NCBI RefSeq assembly: GCF_018350175.1
Contig: NC_058368.1
Location: 176,330,001-176,394,000, forward strand
DNA from: Felis catus
Lineage: Eukaryota
Direction: 5' to 3'
Length of the DNA: 64,000 nucleotides
Positions within the stretch are counted from its first letter, which is position 1. Each line of letters begins with the position of its first letter. The translations under genes were made by a program, and so were the position numbers. Shown here one piece after another: positions 39,199 through 51,892 of the stretch. Under the pieces are notes generated by a model. That model searched no databases. It had not been told where the DNA came from and worked only from the letters and a program-made list of their open reading frames with translations.

Positions 39199-40393
39199 AA
39201 ATGCTTTGTATTTTCATTTGCTCATGTCTTACAATCTGTGAGGGCAATATTATTATCCCCATTTTACAGACGCGGAAACTGAGGCTTAGAGAGGCTAAGC
39301 TGCCCAGAGTCATTCATTCAACCAGTGAGCACTGTAGCCAGGATTCTCGACCACAGCTAGGTCTGACCCCAAAGAGCAAGTCCCACTCCCCACTCTGGGG
39401 GCCCCACCAAAGCCCATCTGAGGGGAGCTGACCACAGCCTGGGCGTGTTTGCTAAGGGGGGAGGAGGGTGCGGTGCTGGGCTATCTCCTGGGTGGTGTTT
39501 CTCCTGTGTCCATCCCGGGCTGGTGCCAAAATGGCCCCTTCTCGTTCACTGTCTGGGGCATAAATATTTGTTTAAGCCAGGTGATCATAATACCCCTGGG
39601 GGGAGGCTCCCACAACCGGGACTGTGTGTGTGTGTGTTCGTCCTCAACCGTCACCCCTCAGACAGGCCTCCCCTTACACCCCAATCTCAGTGGTTTCTCT
39701 CCCTTATTCTCCACCCTAACACCCTCTTCATTCTCTTCACGGCTGCTTTACCAAAACCGCAATTTGCTTGTTTGAGTGTTTACCTGTGGGGTGGCTACCG
39801 CCCCATAATAGACCACAGTGCCATCAAGGTCAGGGACCATGATCGTTCCTTCTAGCACTGCATCCCAGTGCCAAGTGTGGAGCCAGGCACAAAGCACTCA
39901 ATAGCATGATGTATGAATGAATCAGCAAGGGGCGGGACGCAATGGTCCAAAGAAGTCAAGAAGTGAAATGGGGGTCAGAGGAGAGGGAAGGAGGGACTCC
40001 CCGGAGGGACCCACGTCAACGAGGTCTGTGGAAGAGCAGCAGTTCTCCAGGCAGAGCAAGAGCCTAGGCCTACCACCAACTCGCCTATCTCCCTGCGTGC
40101 CCACACGCCCGCCCGCCCTCCCTCCTCTCCAAGGCCGCCTCTCCAGCCCGCTGTGCTCTCCCACGTCATTGGCGTCCCCTGCAGCTCCCAGGTCAGTCAC
40201 CCCACCCACGCAGCACCGGCCCTTCCCCTTTGATCCATGTTCTCTTCTAGATTCTAGGGCCCGCCTAGGCCTGGTTCCCTCCTACCTGCCTGGCGGCTCC
40301 TGCTCCTACCTTTCATCACCCCCCTCATCTCCCCACTCCTCAACGCTGGAGCGTATCAGAAATCAGTCCTGAAACCACATTTGCGTCAAGACT

Positions 40394-40888
40394 TTGGGTT
40401 CTTGCATTTTGGTGCCACAGGCCCTTTGCCAGTCCGGTGACATGTGTTTTAAATGTTTAAGATGTGTTGAATGTATCCAATACATAGGATTATGGAGGAA
40501 AGAAATGATGTGTAAGCAGTAATTAAAATACGAAAAAACATACTTAAATAGGCTTCTTTATTACCACAGCAAATAATAAGACCGGGTCACAGGTCAACTG
40601 ATCACTCTGATTTCAAAGTACTAATGAATGTAAATAGTATCTCAAAATTATCTGCAACTATTTTAATGTGATATAAATATCGGCAATCTATTGGTGACAA
40701 GTCACGGGTGCTGCTAAGGCTACTATGGTTTGTAGCCAACGTTCATCATAGGAGAAAATGCTGAATTTGAGTCAGAGCTTCATAAAAATCAACGTGTCAT
40801 TTTTTTCCCCCATGCATGTTCATAGACCCCTTGGATTCAGTCTACACTCCCTGGGGTGTCAGTGAACTCCAGGTTTGGAAAAATTTCT
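40394..40888. mobile_element. MER119-like hAT-Charlie remnant
   Basis: AT-rich block bounded by gggttctt...ggtgccacaggccctttgccagtccggtga and ...catagaccccttgg...ccaggtt. Confidence 0.55.
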
Positions 40889-40918
40889 ATGCCTCCTCTC
40901 TGGATAGTTTAGCATAGG

Positions 40919-41078
40919 CCAATAATCCGCAAACATTCGTGGCACTGGAATCCCCTGGAAGGCTCGTTATAACACAGATTAGGGGGGGTCTGAAGCGGGG
41001 CCCAAAAATCTGCATTCCTAGTAAGTTCTGAGGTGGTACTGATGCTGTTGGTCTGGGAGCCTACTCTGAGTAGCGCTG
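40919..41078. mobile_element. MER5A-like remnant
   Basis: gaatcccctggaaggctcgtt...ggggcccaaaaatctgcattcctag...gatgctgttggtctgggag. Confidence 0.6.
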
Positions 41079-41514
41079 ATGGAGACCTAGGACCCCAACA
41101 TCATCTATTCACTGATGACCCCCCCCCACATTTACATTCCGGCTCAGAACACTCTCCCGAACCCCAGAAACACACCTCCGATGTAGTATCTCTGGGAGGA
41201 ATCCCAAATGAAACACATCCAGAATTGAACTGCAGTTTCCCAGCCCTACTGCCCACAGAATCCATGCTTGCCCAGACTTCCATATCCAGAAAATGGGACC
41301 CTCTGCTTGTCCAGACAAAAACCTAAGAGGTTTCTTTGATTCCACTCTTGCCCTCACTACCCATATCCAACCGATCGGCAAGTCTCGTTGACTCCACATC
41401 CCTAATCTGGCCACTTCTCTCCAACTCTACTGCACACCCAGTGACCATGACCTCTGCTCTTGGCCCCTCCAGTGTGCTCCCTGCACAGCTATCACCATGA
41501 GCTTTCTAAAGTTT

Positions 41515-41714
41515 TGCAGTCCAACAGAACTTTGTCTGGTGATGAAAATGTTATGTAGCACTAATATGGTAGTCACTAGTCTCACGTGGCTATTAAGTAC
41601 TTGAAATGTGACTAGTGAGACTGAAGGACTGAATTTTTCACTTTATTTAATTTTAATGAATTCAAATTTAAATAGCATCACGTGGCTAATGGCTACCATA
41701 CTGGTATAGTATAG
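41515..41714. mobile_element. MER3-like hAT-Charlie remnant
   Basis: gtccaacagaacttt...gtggctattaagtacttgaaatgtgactagtg...gtggctaatggctaccata. Confidence 0.7.
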
Positions 41715-43234
41715 GTCTTTATTTTTTTTTTAACTTTTTGAGAGCACGTACACACGTGCATGTGAGCAGAGGAGGGGCAAAGGGAGAGGGAGGGAGAGAG
41801 AGAAACGGAAAGAGAGGGAATCTCAAGCAGTGGAGAGGAGAGGCCCCGAGACTACGTGGGAAGAGACAGGTCCAGTCACAGCAATGTCCCAGCCCAGTCT
41901 TGCAGCCACTCAGCAGGAATTGTGGGAAGGGAGGGCACATGCCCTGTCAAAAGGGGCAGCTCCAGATGTCTGTTGACAATGGGATGTGTCCCCAGTGTGG
42001 CTAGAGCCTCTGACTTTGAAAATCTGGAACTCTGGGCTCCCAGTCTTTAGCTATTGGCTCTGACGTGTTTGAATGCTATACAGGACTAACGTAACTTGTC
42101 TTCGGGTTGGGTGTGGACAGTGAGCTCGCAATGTCTGATTCAGATGTCGGGGACCAGAGGAAGGGTGTTTTGAGCAAAGGCTACAAGAGGGCAAGCAGAC
42201 CCCAGGAGTGGCCAATGGCTCAGTCTGGCTGGGACCAGGAATGGGAGTTATGGAACACGGGAGAGAGCTGTGCGATCTTGGGCAAGACACTCAACTGCTC
42301 TGGGCGTCCGTTTCCTCATCTGTAAAATGGTGCCACCTCACAGAGCTATTTTCGCAAGGCTGCGCTGTGATTAATACATAAGAAGAGCTGAAAAGGGTGC
42401 AGCGTGTGTGGAGCCAAGGTTGCTGGCTCCCACCAGGGCTCCCTCGTACTCCCAAATGCACTGTGCTCACATCCTCGACTCAGGATCTGAAGTTCCTGGT
42501 TCTAGCAACAAAACCACAGTAACACCTGAACGGTCCTTTGGGGGCCTACCAGCTGCTTTCAAATGCACCCCAATCTCACTCCTCCCCTGCTTTATTCCTC
42601 GTCACATCGCCACCCACCAAAATGCTTTTCAGTTAGCGTGCTGTCTATATCCCCCTACTAGCACAGGAGCTCCGACAGCGCGGGAACTCTGCCCACCTAC
42701 CCCGTTCCGTGCCACCTACTCAGAGTGGCCCCAGAGCTGACACAGAAGGTGTCCAATAAACGTTTTTCGAATGAATGTGTGATAGCTCATTTAATCCTCA
42801 TGCAAACTTTGGGAGCTGGGTGGTATCATTCTATTATTACCATCATCGTATCCTCACCCTAAAGATGTAAAAACAGGCTATGATGGGTGGAGTGACTCAG
42901 AGGGCGCTGCTTGGCCAAGAGGGGGTAGAGCCGGGATGCACACTCAGGGCTCAGGACTGCAAATCCCATGGTCTTCTTAACGGCCGCTCCCTTCCCCGGC
43001 GGGAGGAAGAGCAGCCCCTTCCTGAACCAGCCAGTGGGGGCTCCGTGCCTCTGGGAGCCTGGAACCCTCACCCAGAATCTCAGCAGGAAACTCTGCCGGC
43101 CACCCTGATGCTTGTCAGTCCCTGGCTGGGGGGGAGGCTGAATGAACACATAGCTCTGAACACCCGGATTCTGGGAGGAAGGGGACCGAAGGGATGGGGA
43201 GTAGGGAAAAGGGGCCCGTGCAGGGTCTCCGTAC

Positions 43235-43359
43235 CTTGTTGATGCTGAATTGCCCCTCAAAGCGGCAGCCGGCCCCGTTGTTCAGTGGGATCTTCATCGA
43301 GTTGTCAATGTGCCCCACCTCATGCCTGCCCATCTCATCCTGTATGTCAAGTCCGACCA
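43235..43359 (-). CDS. ERGIC1: ERGIC1 exon 5 (125 nt)
   Basis: ctgcAG|TG GTC GGA...AAC AAG|GTACGG; encodes (L)VGLDIQDEMGRHEVGHIDNSMKIPLNNGAGCRFEGQFSINK. Confidence 0.96.
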
Positions 43360-46300
43360 CTGCAGGGGCCAAGGAGAGGAGAGAGTCACAAACATCCAGA
43401 GAAATGGGGATGGGGCCCAGCCCTTCATCCCTGGACCCCCTCCTCTCATCTACTCCATGGACAGGTGGGCCCTGGGCCTTCCAGGCACCCACAGCCTAGG
43501 GCCCAGAGCCACAGAGAGGAAGGCAGCCAGCAAGGCTGGACTGAAAGGGAGCAAGCCCACAAGGTCCCTGCCACTGCCTGAGGCTGCAAAGGAAGAGGGG
43601 AAGGGGGGGGGGAGGCGGCAGCTAATGGGGTGAAAATGGGTGATAACAATTAGACCTTCCCTGGAGAATTATGAGGATCAAATAATATGTGTAGAAAATG
43701 CTTAGAACAGGGGCTGACGTATAGTAAACGGCAAGTGCTTAATGAACGTCAGCCCCTAATGGTTCTCAGTCTCTGGGTTTGTTGGGTAAGGTTTTAGGCA
43801 GGCATTCGTTCACTCATCATTCATTCATTCACACCTTTTTTTACCCAATGCCTATTCCTGCAGGCCCTGCCCTCCCGGAGCTTAGGTACTTTTCTGGGTT
43901 CCTCAGTACACTGAATGGGAAACTTGGGGCTTGGGAGTCCCGGTCTTTGACTCTAATGTGACTCTTTACCCGTGACTCAGCTTCCCAATCTGTAAAGTGG
44001 GCAGGCCCATGCCAATTGCATCCTTTGAGATGGTTTAAGTGGCACGGCTTTGCAAACTATGAAAACACAGACATTTCCCTGAAAGAAGCACTGGAAAGGA
44101 GGTTATGACACAGAGAAAGAACTGGAAGCAGTTTTATGTGAGCCAACCCTACAAGGGAAAAATGGGAACAAATGTATCCCTCAGTGGTGGTGGGGAAGTG
44201 AGGGAGGGCCCATCCACAGAAGGAAAGATGATGTAGTCGTTAAAAATGACGCTCACAGGTCTGTAGTATGTGGGAAACGCTGATGCCGTAACGTTTGGTT
44301 TAAGAGAAATGCAAACAGGACTCGCGGCTCCACCCCTGGGAGCCTGTTGTCTAGATGCACACATGTCCAGACGTGTGTGCGAGGCTGCTCTGGGCAACTT
44401 GATTTGAAATTGTGACGAGTGGAGGCAACCCAGCTGCTTGTCAACAAGGGACTAGTCAATGGAACAGTCCCCTCTGGAATGCGGTGCAGCAGGTACGAGA
44501 ACTGAGCTAAATCCATATGTGGGGAGAGGCAGCTCAGAGCAGGGCAGTGACTAAGAGCTTGGGCTCTGGGGCTGCCACTGTCTGTGGTTCCTGGCCTTGC
44601 CCCTTACCAGCAGTGGGACCTCGAGCAAATTCCCTAGCCTTCCTGTGCCTCAGTTTCCTCCTCTATCCTAGGCTTGTGAGGATTTCAAAAATTAAAATAG
44701 TACTAGGTGCTAGACACCCTTCTAAGTGCTTTCTACATAGGAATGCACCATCCGAGCATCCCTGTGGGGAAGATAACATTAGCAGACCCATTCTATCCTG
44801 GGGGACACTAAGGCACAGAGAGGTTAAGTAACTTGCCTGGGATCGTACAGCTAAGAAACACTGGAGCGTGGATTAGAACCCACAGAGTTTCGATCCAGAG
44901 GCCACACCCTTTGGCCATTCCACTGGAGTACGTCTCATCTTAATGCACTAACACAGCCAAAGGATTCAGGACGGAGCCTGGTTTGGAGCAGGAGCAGAAT
45001 CGATGGCAGCTGTGGTGATCATCTTACTAATATTATGAGTAATGTAAGAATAGCTCCAAGATATTAGCATAAAAAACAAGAAATCCCAGAAAGGTCCCAC
45101 GCAGTTGGGTCCCAATTACATGAAAAGTAAAAAGAAAAAACCAACACCCGCCACCTAAACATGATATGCGTTTGTAGATGGGGGGGACAGACACACAAGG
45201 CAGGCACCCAAACACAGGGGTGGAGAAGGGGTCCCGGCTGCTAGCAGGGGCTTCCTCTGGGGTGGATGGCACACTAGGGAACACGGACTTCAACTTTTCT
45301 CTTTGTATGTTTCTGTATTTTGAATGTGATTTTTTTAAGCCAAAAAAAATATATTCCTGTTATTAGTTAGCAATAAAATATCACTTTTTAAAGCAGGATA
45401 GGAGATTGCACACACAGCGTGATCTCAGCCGTGTTTAGAAAGGCGCAGAAAGGAAGGCCAACGGGATGGGATGGCGTCAAATGTCAACTGACGCTGTCAC
45501 TGGGGGTGGAATTATGGGCGATTTCTTCTCCCTGCTGCTCTGGATTTTCCAAAGGTACAATGATGAACGTGCATTTTTTTTTTTTTTTATAATAAAAATC
45601 TGTTCTCTCTTAAAGAACAGCCAGGGTGCGGAGCTCGAGTGTAAGATGCCTGGGTTCGGGTTATGACCCCACAGAGAGGCAGCGCCCCGCGGGCTAGTGC
45701 AGCCCCAAGCTTAAGGTTGCCTGGCCCCTCCTGGGCCGCTGCCCGTAGCTGGGACGCAGCCTGGAACCACATCCCTTCCCTCCCCTACCCCACTGGTCCC
45801 AGTCCTCTGGCCTGACTAAGAATTTCCTTGTTCCAGAGACACGACCTACTCCTGACTGAGAAGCTGCCAGATGAATTATTTTTCTAAGGGAAAAAGAAAA
45901 AATAAAAATAAAACCGACCTATTTCAACAGGTTCCCTGGCTTGGGGCCCACTGTGGATTCAAGATTGTGATGTAATTCTCACCAAAAGCAATAACAGAAC
46001 TGAATCTCTCCCTATCTCTGCCTGCGGACACACCCAGTGTTCTGTCCTTCAGGAGGAAGGGCGTGGGTGGGAGAAGGGCCCGCATCGGGTTATGTGCCAA
46101 CCTGGGGCAAACGGACACTAGACATCCCAGTCCAGGAAGGGACACCCAGTCCACTCAATAAGAAGTCTAGGGACCGGCTCATCAGACCCTCCCGGAAACC
46201 TCAGGCAACAGATAGCATTATAAACCCATTTTTATAGATGAGAAAACAAGCTCAGAGAAGTCACACCTCAGCCTGGGTCAGAGTTTTAGTGAGCAAAAGA

Positions 46301-46741
46301 GGTCCGAGGTCTCCTTGCTTTAAGATGCTTGAGAGGTTATATGACCCTGCCCCCACCCCCCACGGCACCCTACAGCCTCTTGCCAAGAAATGGGTAATAA
46401 CAGCCCGGCCCCCTTGCTATGGGGCAGGATAAACTGTGGTTGTCAGTCACATGCCACAGCTCCCCGTGAAATCCGGCTGAAAACATGGCTACCCTCCAGA
46501 GGTAACCCCCGTTAGCCATTTCGAGTACTTTGTATTCTACAAAACCTCCAAATGCAGGCACATTTGATTACATTCCGCACCCCTCCGCACCCCCAAAAGG
46601 AGCAAGGAGAACCTTATGCGACCTGCTATTTGCAGCCTGCCCTGTTTGCTGACTTGTCCCGGTTATCTTGTCATCTCTGCACACTCAGCTCTGCCTAACA
46701 GAGGGGCCTTGCTGGAGCAGAGGGCTGTTGGGAATACTCAC

Positions 46742-46836
46742 ATTCGCAGTGCAAATTGGGTAAACTGATGTTCAGGCTGACGTCAATTTTGCCCCCGCTG
46801 TCCTTGTCCGGGTCATCGACATAGAGCTCATTCACG
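46742..46836 (-). CDS. ERGIC1: ERGIC1 exon 4 (95 nt)
   Basis: ccttAG|C GTG AAT GAG...TGC GAA T|GTGAGT; encodes VNELYVDDPDKDSGGKIDVSLNISLPNLHCE; phase matches exon 3. Confidence 0.96.
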
Positions 46837-47377
46837 CTAAGGGAGACAAGTACAGAAGCCTTCACTGAGAGGGGGCACCCATCACAGATGCCGGGGACAG
46901 CCAGGAGCCATTTCCCTTGGTGGCCACTGCTCAACCACCCATCTAGGGGAAGCCTATCTGCTCAGGCACAGGGGAGCAGGGCTCCCATCTTGAGGGCCCC
47001 TTCAAACACTGGCCTTACCACTCAGAGGGAGGGGGCTGGGGTGGTGATAACGGGCACGGCTTTTGGCGTTAGACAGATTCAAATTCCAATCCCAGCCCTG
47101 CCATTTTCTATGTGAGCTCGGCAGAGCCCGTCTTCGAGTGGGATATCACCACCTACTGTTAATGGGGTGGTCTGAACACCTGAGTGAAAAATGGGAGTCT
47201 TATTAGGCCGCAGGGCCTGGTACCTCCAGGCATATGGTACCCTGGTCCCTACTCTCTGGAGCCATCTCCCACTCGGCTGGGAAGTGGGGATTCCCTGGGC
47301 GCTCACCCTCGATGCTCAGCCCTCACAAAGCCCTGGGGCGAACACCAGGTCCAAGATGCAACCAGACGTGACTAGTT

Positions 47378-47814
47378 TGTTAGTGTCCTGTGGCTGCAGC
47401 ATAAATTATCACAAAGCTGATGGCTTAAAACGAGTCACGTTTATTATCACCTTGCACTTCTGGAGGTCCACAGTACAAAACAGGTCTGCGGGGCCGTACT
47501 CCTTCTGGAGGCTCTACGGGAGAATCCTTCTAGAGGCTGCCTAAGTTCATAGCCCCTCCTCCACCTTGACACCCAGTAGAACCACACAGCATCTTCACTC
47601 CTCTCTGGCCTCCTAACTCCCTCGTACAGCACCTCTGGTCACTTCATCTCGCCCACCAGATAACTCAGGGCCATCTCCCCGGCACGAGAGACTCGACACC
47701 ATCACATTTGTAAAGTTCCTCTGGCCACGTAAGGTCACACGTTCACAGGTTTCAGGTCTTTGTGAAGAGAGGCACAGTTTGGGGGCAGGGGGCCCCATGG
47801 ACAGTCATGCCACC
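47378..47814 (-). mobile_element. MLT1C/D-like solo LTR
   Basis: tgttagtgtcctgtggctgc...aaattatcacaaa...ggcttaaaac...tctggagg...catcacatttgtaaag...gtaaggtcacacgttcacaggtt. Confidence 0.7.
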
Positions 47815-49044
47815 TTGCTATCTGGGACCAGGGCGCCACAACAGGACCTGTCGGCAAGGTGAATTTATTCAACAAATACTTTTCGAGCGCCTGCTACCTG
47901 TCAGGCACTAGAGACAGTGGGTAACGCAGTCAGACACGGTCTCTGTCTTCATCAACCTTAGAGACACCACTCGCCTCCTTGAAAAATACCTTCCACCAAC
48001 TATGATTATTGCTTGGTTGGAAAGTTGTGGGGTGACAAGGGAGGGATAACAGGACAAGTGACCTCTGGGGAGAATGGGCCAGAGGGACTTCTCGGAGGAG
48101 ATGGGAGCGGAGGCCTGAAGGAGGAGGAGGCTGCCCCAGCAAAGAGGTGGGGGTGGGGGAGGGGAAGATCTTTGCGACAGAGCGTGCAGAGGCCTGGAAG
48201 TGGCTGTTTGGGGGAACTGAGGAAAGGTCACTGTGGCTGCAGCGTAGAGCGAAGGGAAGTGGGCTGTGTGATGCAGCTGGGGAATGGGCAGGGGCTGTGT
48301 CAGGGAGGCCCGGAGGCCCTGGTAAGGCCTTCACACTCCGTCCAGACAGAGTGCAGCCACATGGTCAGTCTTGCCCTTTAACAGGCTTCCTCTGCAAGGA
48401 AGACCGACCGGAGGGGCCACTGTGCACTGGGGAAACCACACGGAAGGCAAGAGATGGCCTGGATTGGGTGTGTTGTGGGAGGGGGGTGCGGGAGGGAGGG
48501 ATGCCAGATATGTCAGCTATGGGCCGTGGGGGGCTCAAGGGAGGCATGCAGGCAGACCGCCACGTGTCTTGCTGGAAACACTTGTTGGGCTGGGAGCTCC
48601 TGGAAGAGCAGTGAGGAGGGAAAAGCACTGAGTTGCAAACGGCTGTGCTGAGCTCGAAGTGTCGTAGAGGCATCTTTGAAGAGCCGCTGAGTGGACGCCG
48701 GGTGGCCGTGTCTGAAGGCCACTTCTGATTCCCAGAGCACTCCCCAAGGGGAGAGGGGACCGAATCTAAAGGCTCGGCCCAGTGGGCAGGTATGGGGGCA
48801 GTGCTTGAAGTGGCTGGGCTGTGGCTACTGAAGGCATTAATTAGGGTCCAGTCCATAGGCTGTAAATAAAGGCTTGCAGCTCTAAGCAATTAGACTCTAA
48901 GAAAGCCTTGTACATGGCCACATCTCTGGGAAAGAATGAGTCAGGTCAGGGCAAGGGCATTTTGTTTTCACTCAGAGCCTGTCTTTATGCCCCTAGCACT
49001 TAATATGATGTAGCTGGTGCTCAATTAAGAAACAGTGGGGTCCA

Positions 49045-49425
49045 GGGGCACCTGGGTGGCTCAGTCGGTTAAGCCTCCGACTCTTGGTTTCAGCTTAGGT
49101 CATGATCTCACAGTGTGTGGGGTCAAGCCCCACATGGGATGCAGAGCCTTCTTGGGATTCTCTCTCCCTCCCTGCCTCTGCCCCTCTCCCCTGCGCTCGC
49201 TCGCTCTCTCTCTCTCTCTCTCAAAATAAATAAATAAACTTAAAAATAGTGGGCTCCAGTCGTGAGATTGAGCCTCACATCAGGCTCGGTGCTGCTTGGG
49301 ATTCTTTCCCTCCTCTCTCTCTCTGCTCCTCCCCCACTGGTGCACATGCACACATTTATGCATTCACACATGCATGCCCTCTCTCTCAAAATTAACAAAC
49401 TTAAAAAAAAATATGTAGGAAAAAA
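49045..49425 (+). mobile_element. Two tandem carnivore SINEs (full-length 49045-49241; 5'-truncated 49259-49425)
   Basis: Two CT-tract/A-tail units separated and flanked by three copies of the same target sequence. Confidence 0.85.
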
Positions 49426-51845
49426 AAGAAACAGTGGGCTCAAAAAGTCACCTGGGGCTTGTTTCCTTGCAGGGGTCACAAGGATGCTCCTGAAGACAAG
49501 AGACTGACAGATGTGGTTTGGCCTTCAGACTGTTGGGCCTCCAGCCCACGAAGTCAGGAAAATCCCAACTGGGCCTATGTGCATTCATGTTGTTCCCATC
49601 TGATCCTGTGAAAATGTCCTGATCCCCATTTTACAATCAGGAAACTGAGGCTCAGAGAGGTTGAGTGCCCTCTCCAAAGTCACACAGCAGGAAATAGCAG
49701 AGCTAAAATCCCACCTAGGTCTGCATTCGGCCTGAGCCCCAGACTTTCTAGGGCTCATGCTGTCTCCCCTCCCTCTCGCCCTCAACATCTAGGATCAAGG
49801 GAGGAAATGGGGGAGGAGGGCAGGCCCTCTGAGGCCACACACAGGGTGTGGGGAAGAGAGACAGGGGCTTGTACTTGGCAGGCTCATAGTGTTGGCCCCC
49901 ATCAGAGAACAAAGAGAACAAATTAGCCAGGGGGAAAGGAGCAAGCAGGACCACAGGAGGGTATGCTGGAGGATGGACATCTCCACAGCCAAAAGGGCTC
50001 CTCCTCGGCCTTTAGCACCCAACTTCTACCCCAGCCTTGATGTGCAACTCCAGAAGGTTGTTGAGTAATGACACTACTGGGTGATTAACAGAATGGTCAC
50101 CGAGGGAGAGGGAGAGCCCCCGGCTTCCTTTCCCAAACTAGCGAGACTCTTCCTTGTAGCTACTCACCTTTCCCACCTCGGAGGTGGGGCCTCAGCACAT
50201 CACCGGCGGATTGTGGGATGATGTCATCCCCTGGCAATCCTCTGGAGGTGACCTCAGTGCGCAGAGAGGTGAATGCCAGGTGTGGCACCAAGGTGAGCTC
50301 ACCCTCGAGGCCCCAGGGGGCCTCTCCTAGCCCATGGAGCCCAGGCTCTCCAGTGCCACCTAGCATAAAGGGGCTGAGCTGCTGGGGAGGGGTGGAAAGC
50401 CCACTGGCCTGCAGAGCGTAGGCCAGTCTGGTTTTGTAAGGCCAGAACTGGCTGTTCCCAGTGCATTCCTGAAGGGCCCCAGGCTGCAAGATAAACGAAG
50501 TTCAATCACCTGTGCCGCCTGCCCAAGGAGGCCAAGAGATCCACCTTCGGAATCCAAAGCGGAATGTTCCAGGGCTGCTGGCGTCCTCCTACCCCCAGCC
50601 AGCACTGCAAGCCCTCCTTTAGCCTGCCACCCGCAGACGCCTGCCAAGGCTAGCGAAACTGGCTGGGGCTGAACTGATTTTAAAAGGTGAACGGACAGCC
50701 AGAAATCAGCCCGCCTGAAGGGACAATACAAGCTTTTTTGTGGATTTACTGCTATCTGGAGACTCTCGGGCCTGATTCCTCCTGTCACTAGCAAGGGCGA
50801 TGAGAAGACTCCTGGGGCAGTGGCAGATACATGTAGGCTTACCTCCTGCCACTAAGAAGCTGGCGGGGCGGGGGGGGGCGGGACCTGGAACAAGTTACTT
50901 CACCTCTCTGAGCCCCGGTTTCCTTAACTGTAAAACTGGGGAAGTTTTCTATGAAGTTTGAAGACAGTCAAGATTAATCTACGGTAATAAGTCACAATAG
51001 CGGTGGTGGCAGGAGGTACTGACTGGGAGGGGGCACGAAGGAACCTTCCAGGCGGCGGAGATGTGTTGTCTTGATGAGGTGATGGTGACACGGGTATAAG
51101 CAGAGGCAAGCGTTCATCAAGTCTCACCTTTAAGATTTATGCGCTTGGCTACTTGTACGTTACAGATACGTCTTGAAAAGAAGGAAAGAAAACCAGGAGG
51201 GAGGGGAGGGGGAAGAGGAAGAAAGAAGGGAGACAGAACAAAAGAGGGGTCAGGATTCGGGCTGCTTCCCAGGGGTGTGAGCGATAAAGCTGCAGGCTCC
51301 CCAGGGCAGGGGGGTGTATGTTCCTCACCAATCTGAGGGCCTGGCTCGGCCCTTCTTGGTAAAGAGCATAAGGCATCGTGATGCCAGTCCAGACTCTCTC
51401 AGTGTTCAAATCCTAGCGCTACCACCTACGAGCTGACTGACCTTATAATGCAGGGGGTGTTGCCTCTACCAGCCTCGGTTTCCCCACACGTAAAACAGGG
51501 GCGGTCACAGGTACGGCACAGTAAGTGTCTGCTGCTTTTGCTGTTCCTATAATTATCAGTGTGTACAGAGTTGGTAGCAACAGGCATTCACCTCACAGCA
51601 CTGTGGCAAGGATTACTGAGGGGCCCACAGCTGGTGCATTACATCGAGAATATGCCGATTACGACCTGCTGAACGAGGGGGCACCAGTCACCCACACAGG
51701 GCGGCCAGGTAGCTCCCTCAGCATCCGAGCTCCCACTTTGGGGAAGTGAAACCCACAGCGTCGTTTTGATGGAAGGCACAGTTTCGATACACCCACACAA
51801 AGGAAGAAAGAGTCCCGAGATTTATTACTTACAGATCCCAGGAGT

Positions 51846-51847
<2 letters not shown>

Positions 51848-51884
<37 letters not shown>

Positions 51885-51892
51885 CGCGTGCA
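51848..51892. repeat. Compound (GT)14(GC)6 microsatellite
   Basis: Direct reading; 45 bp of uninterrupted purine-pyrimidine alternation. Confidence 0.95.
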
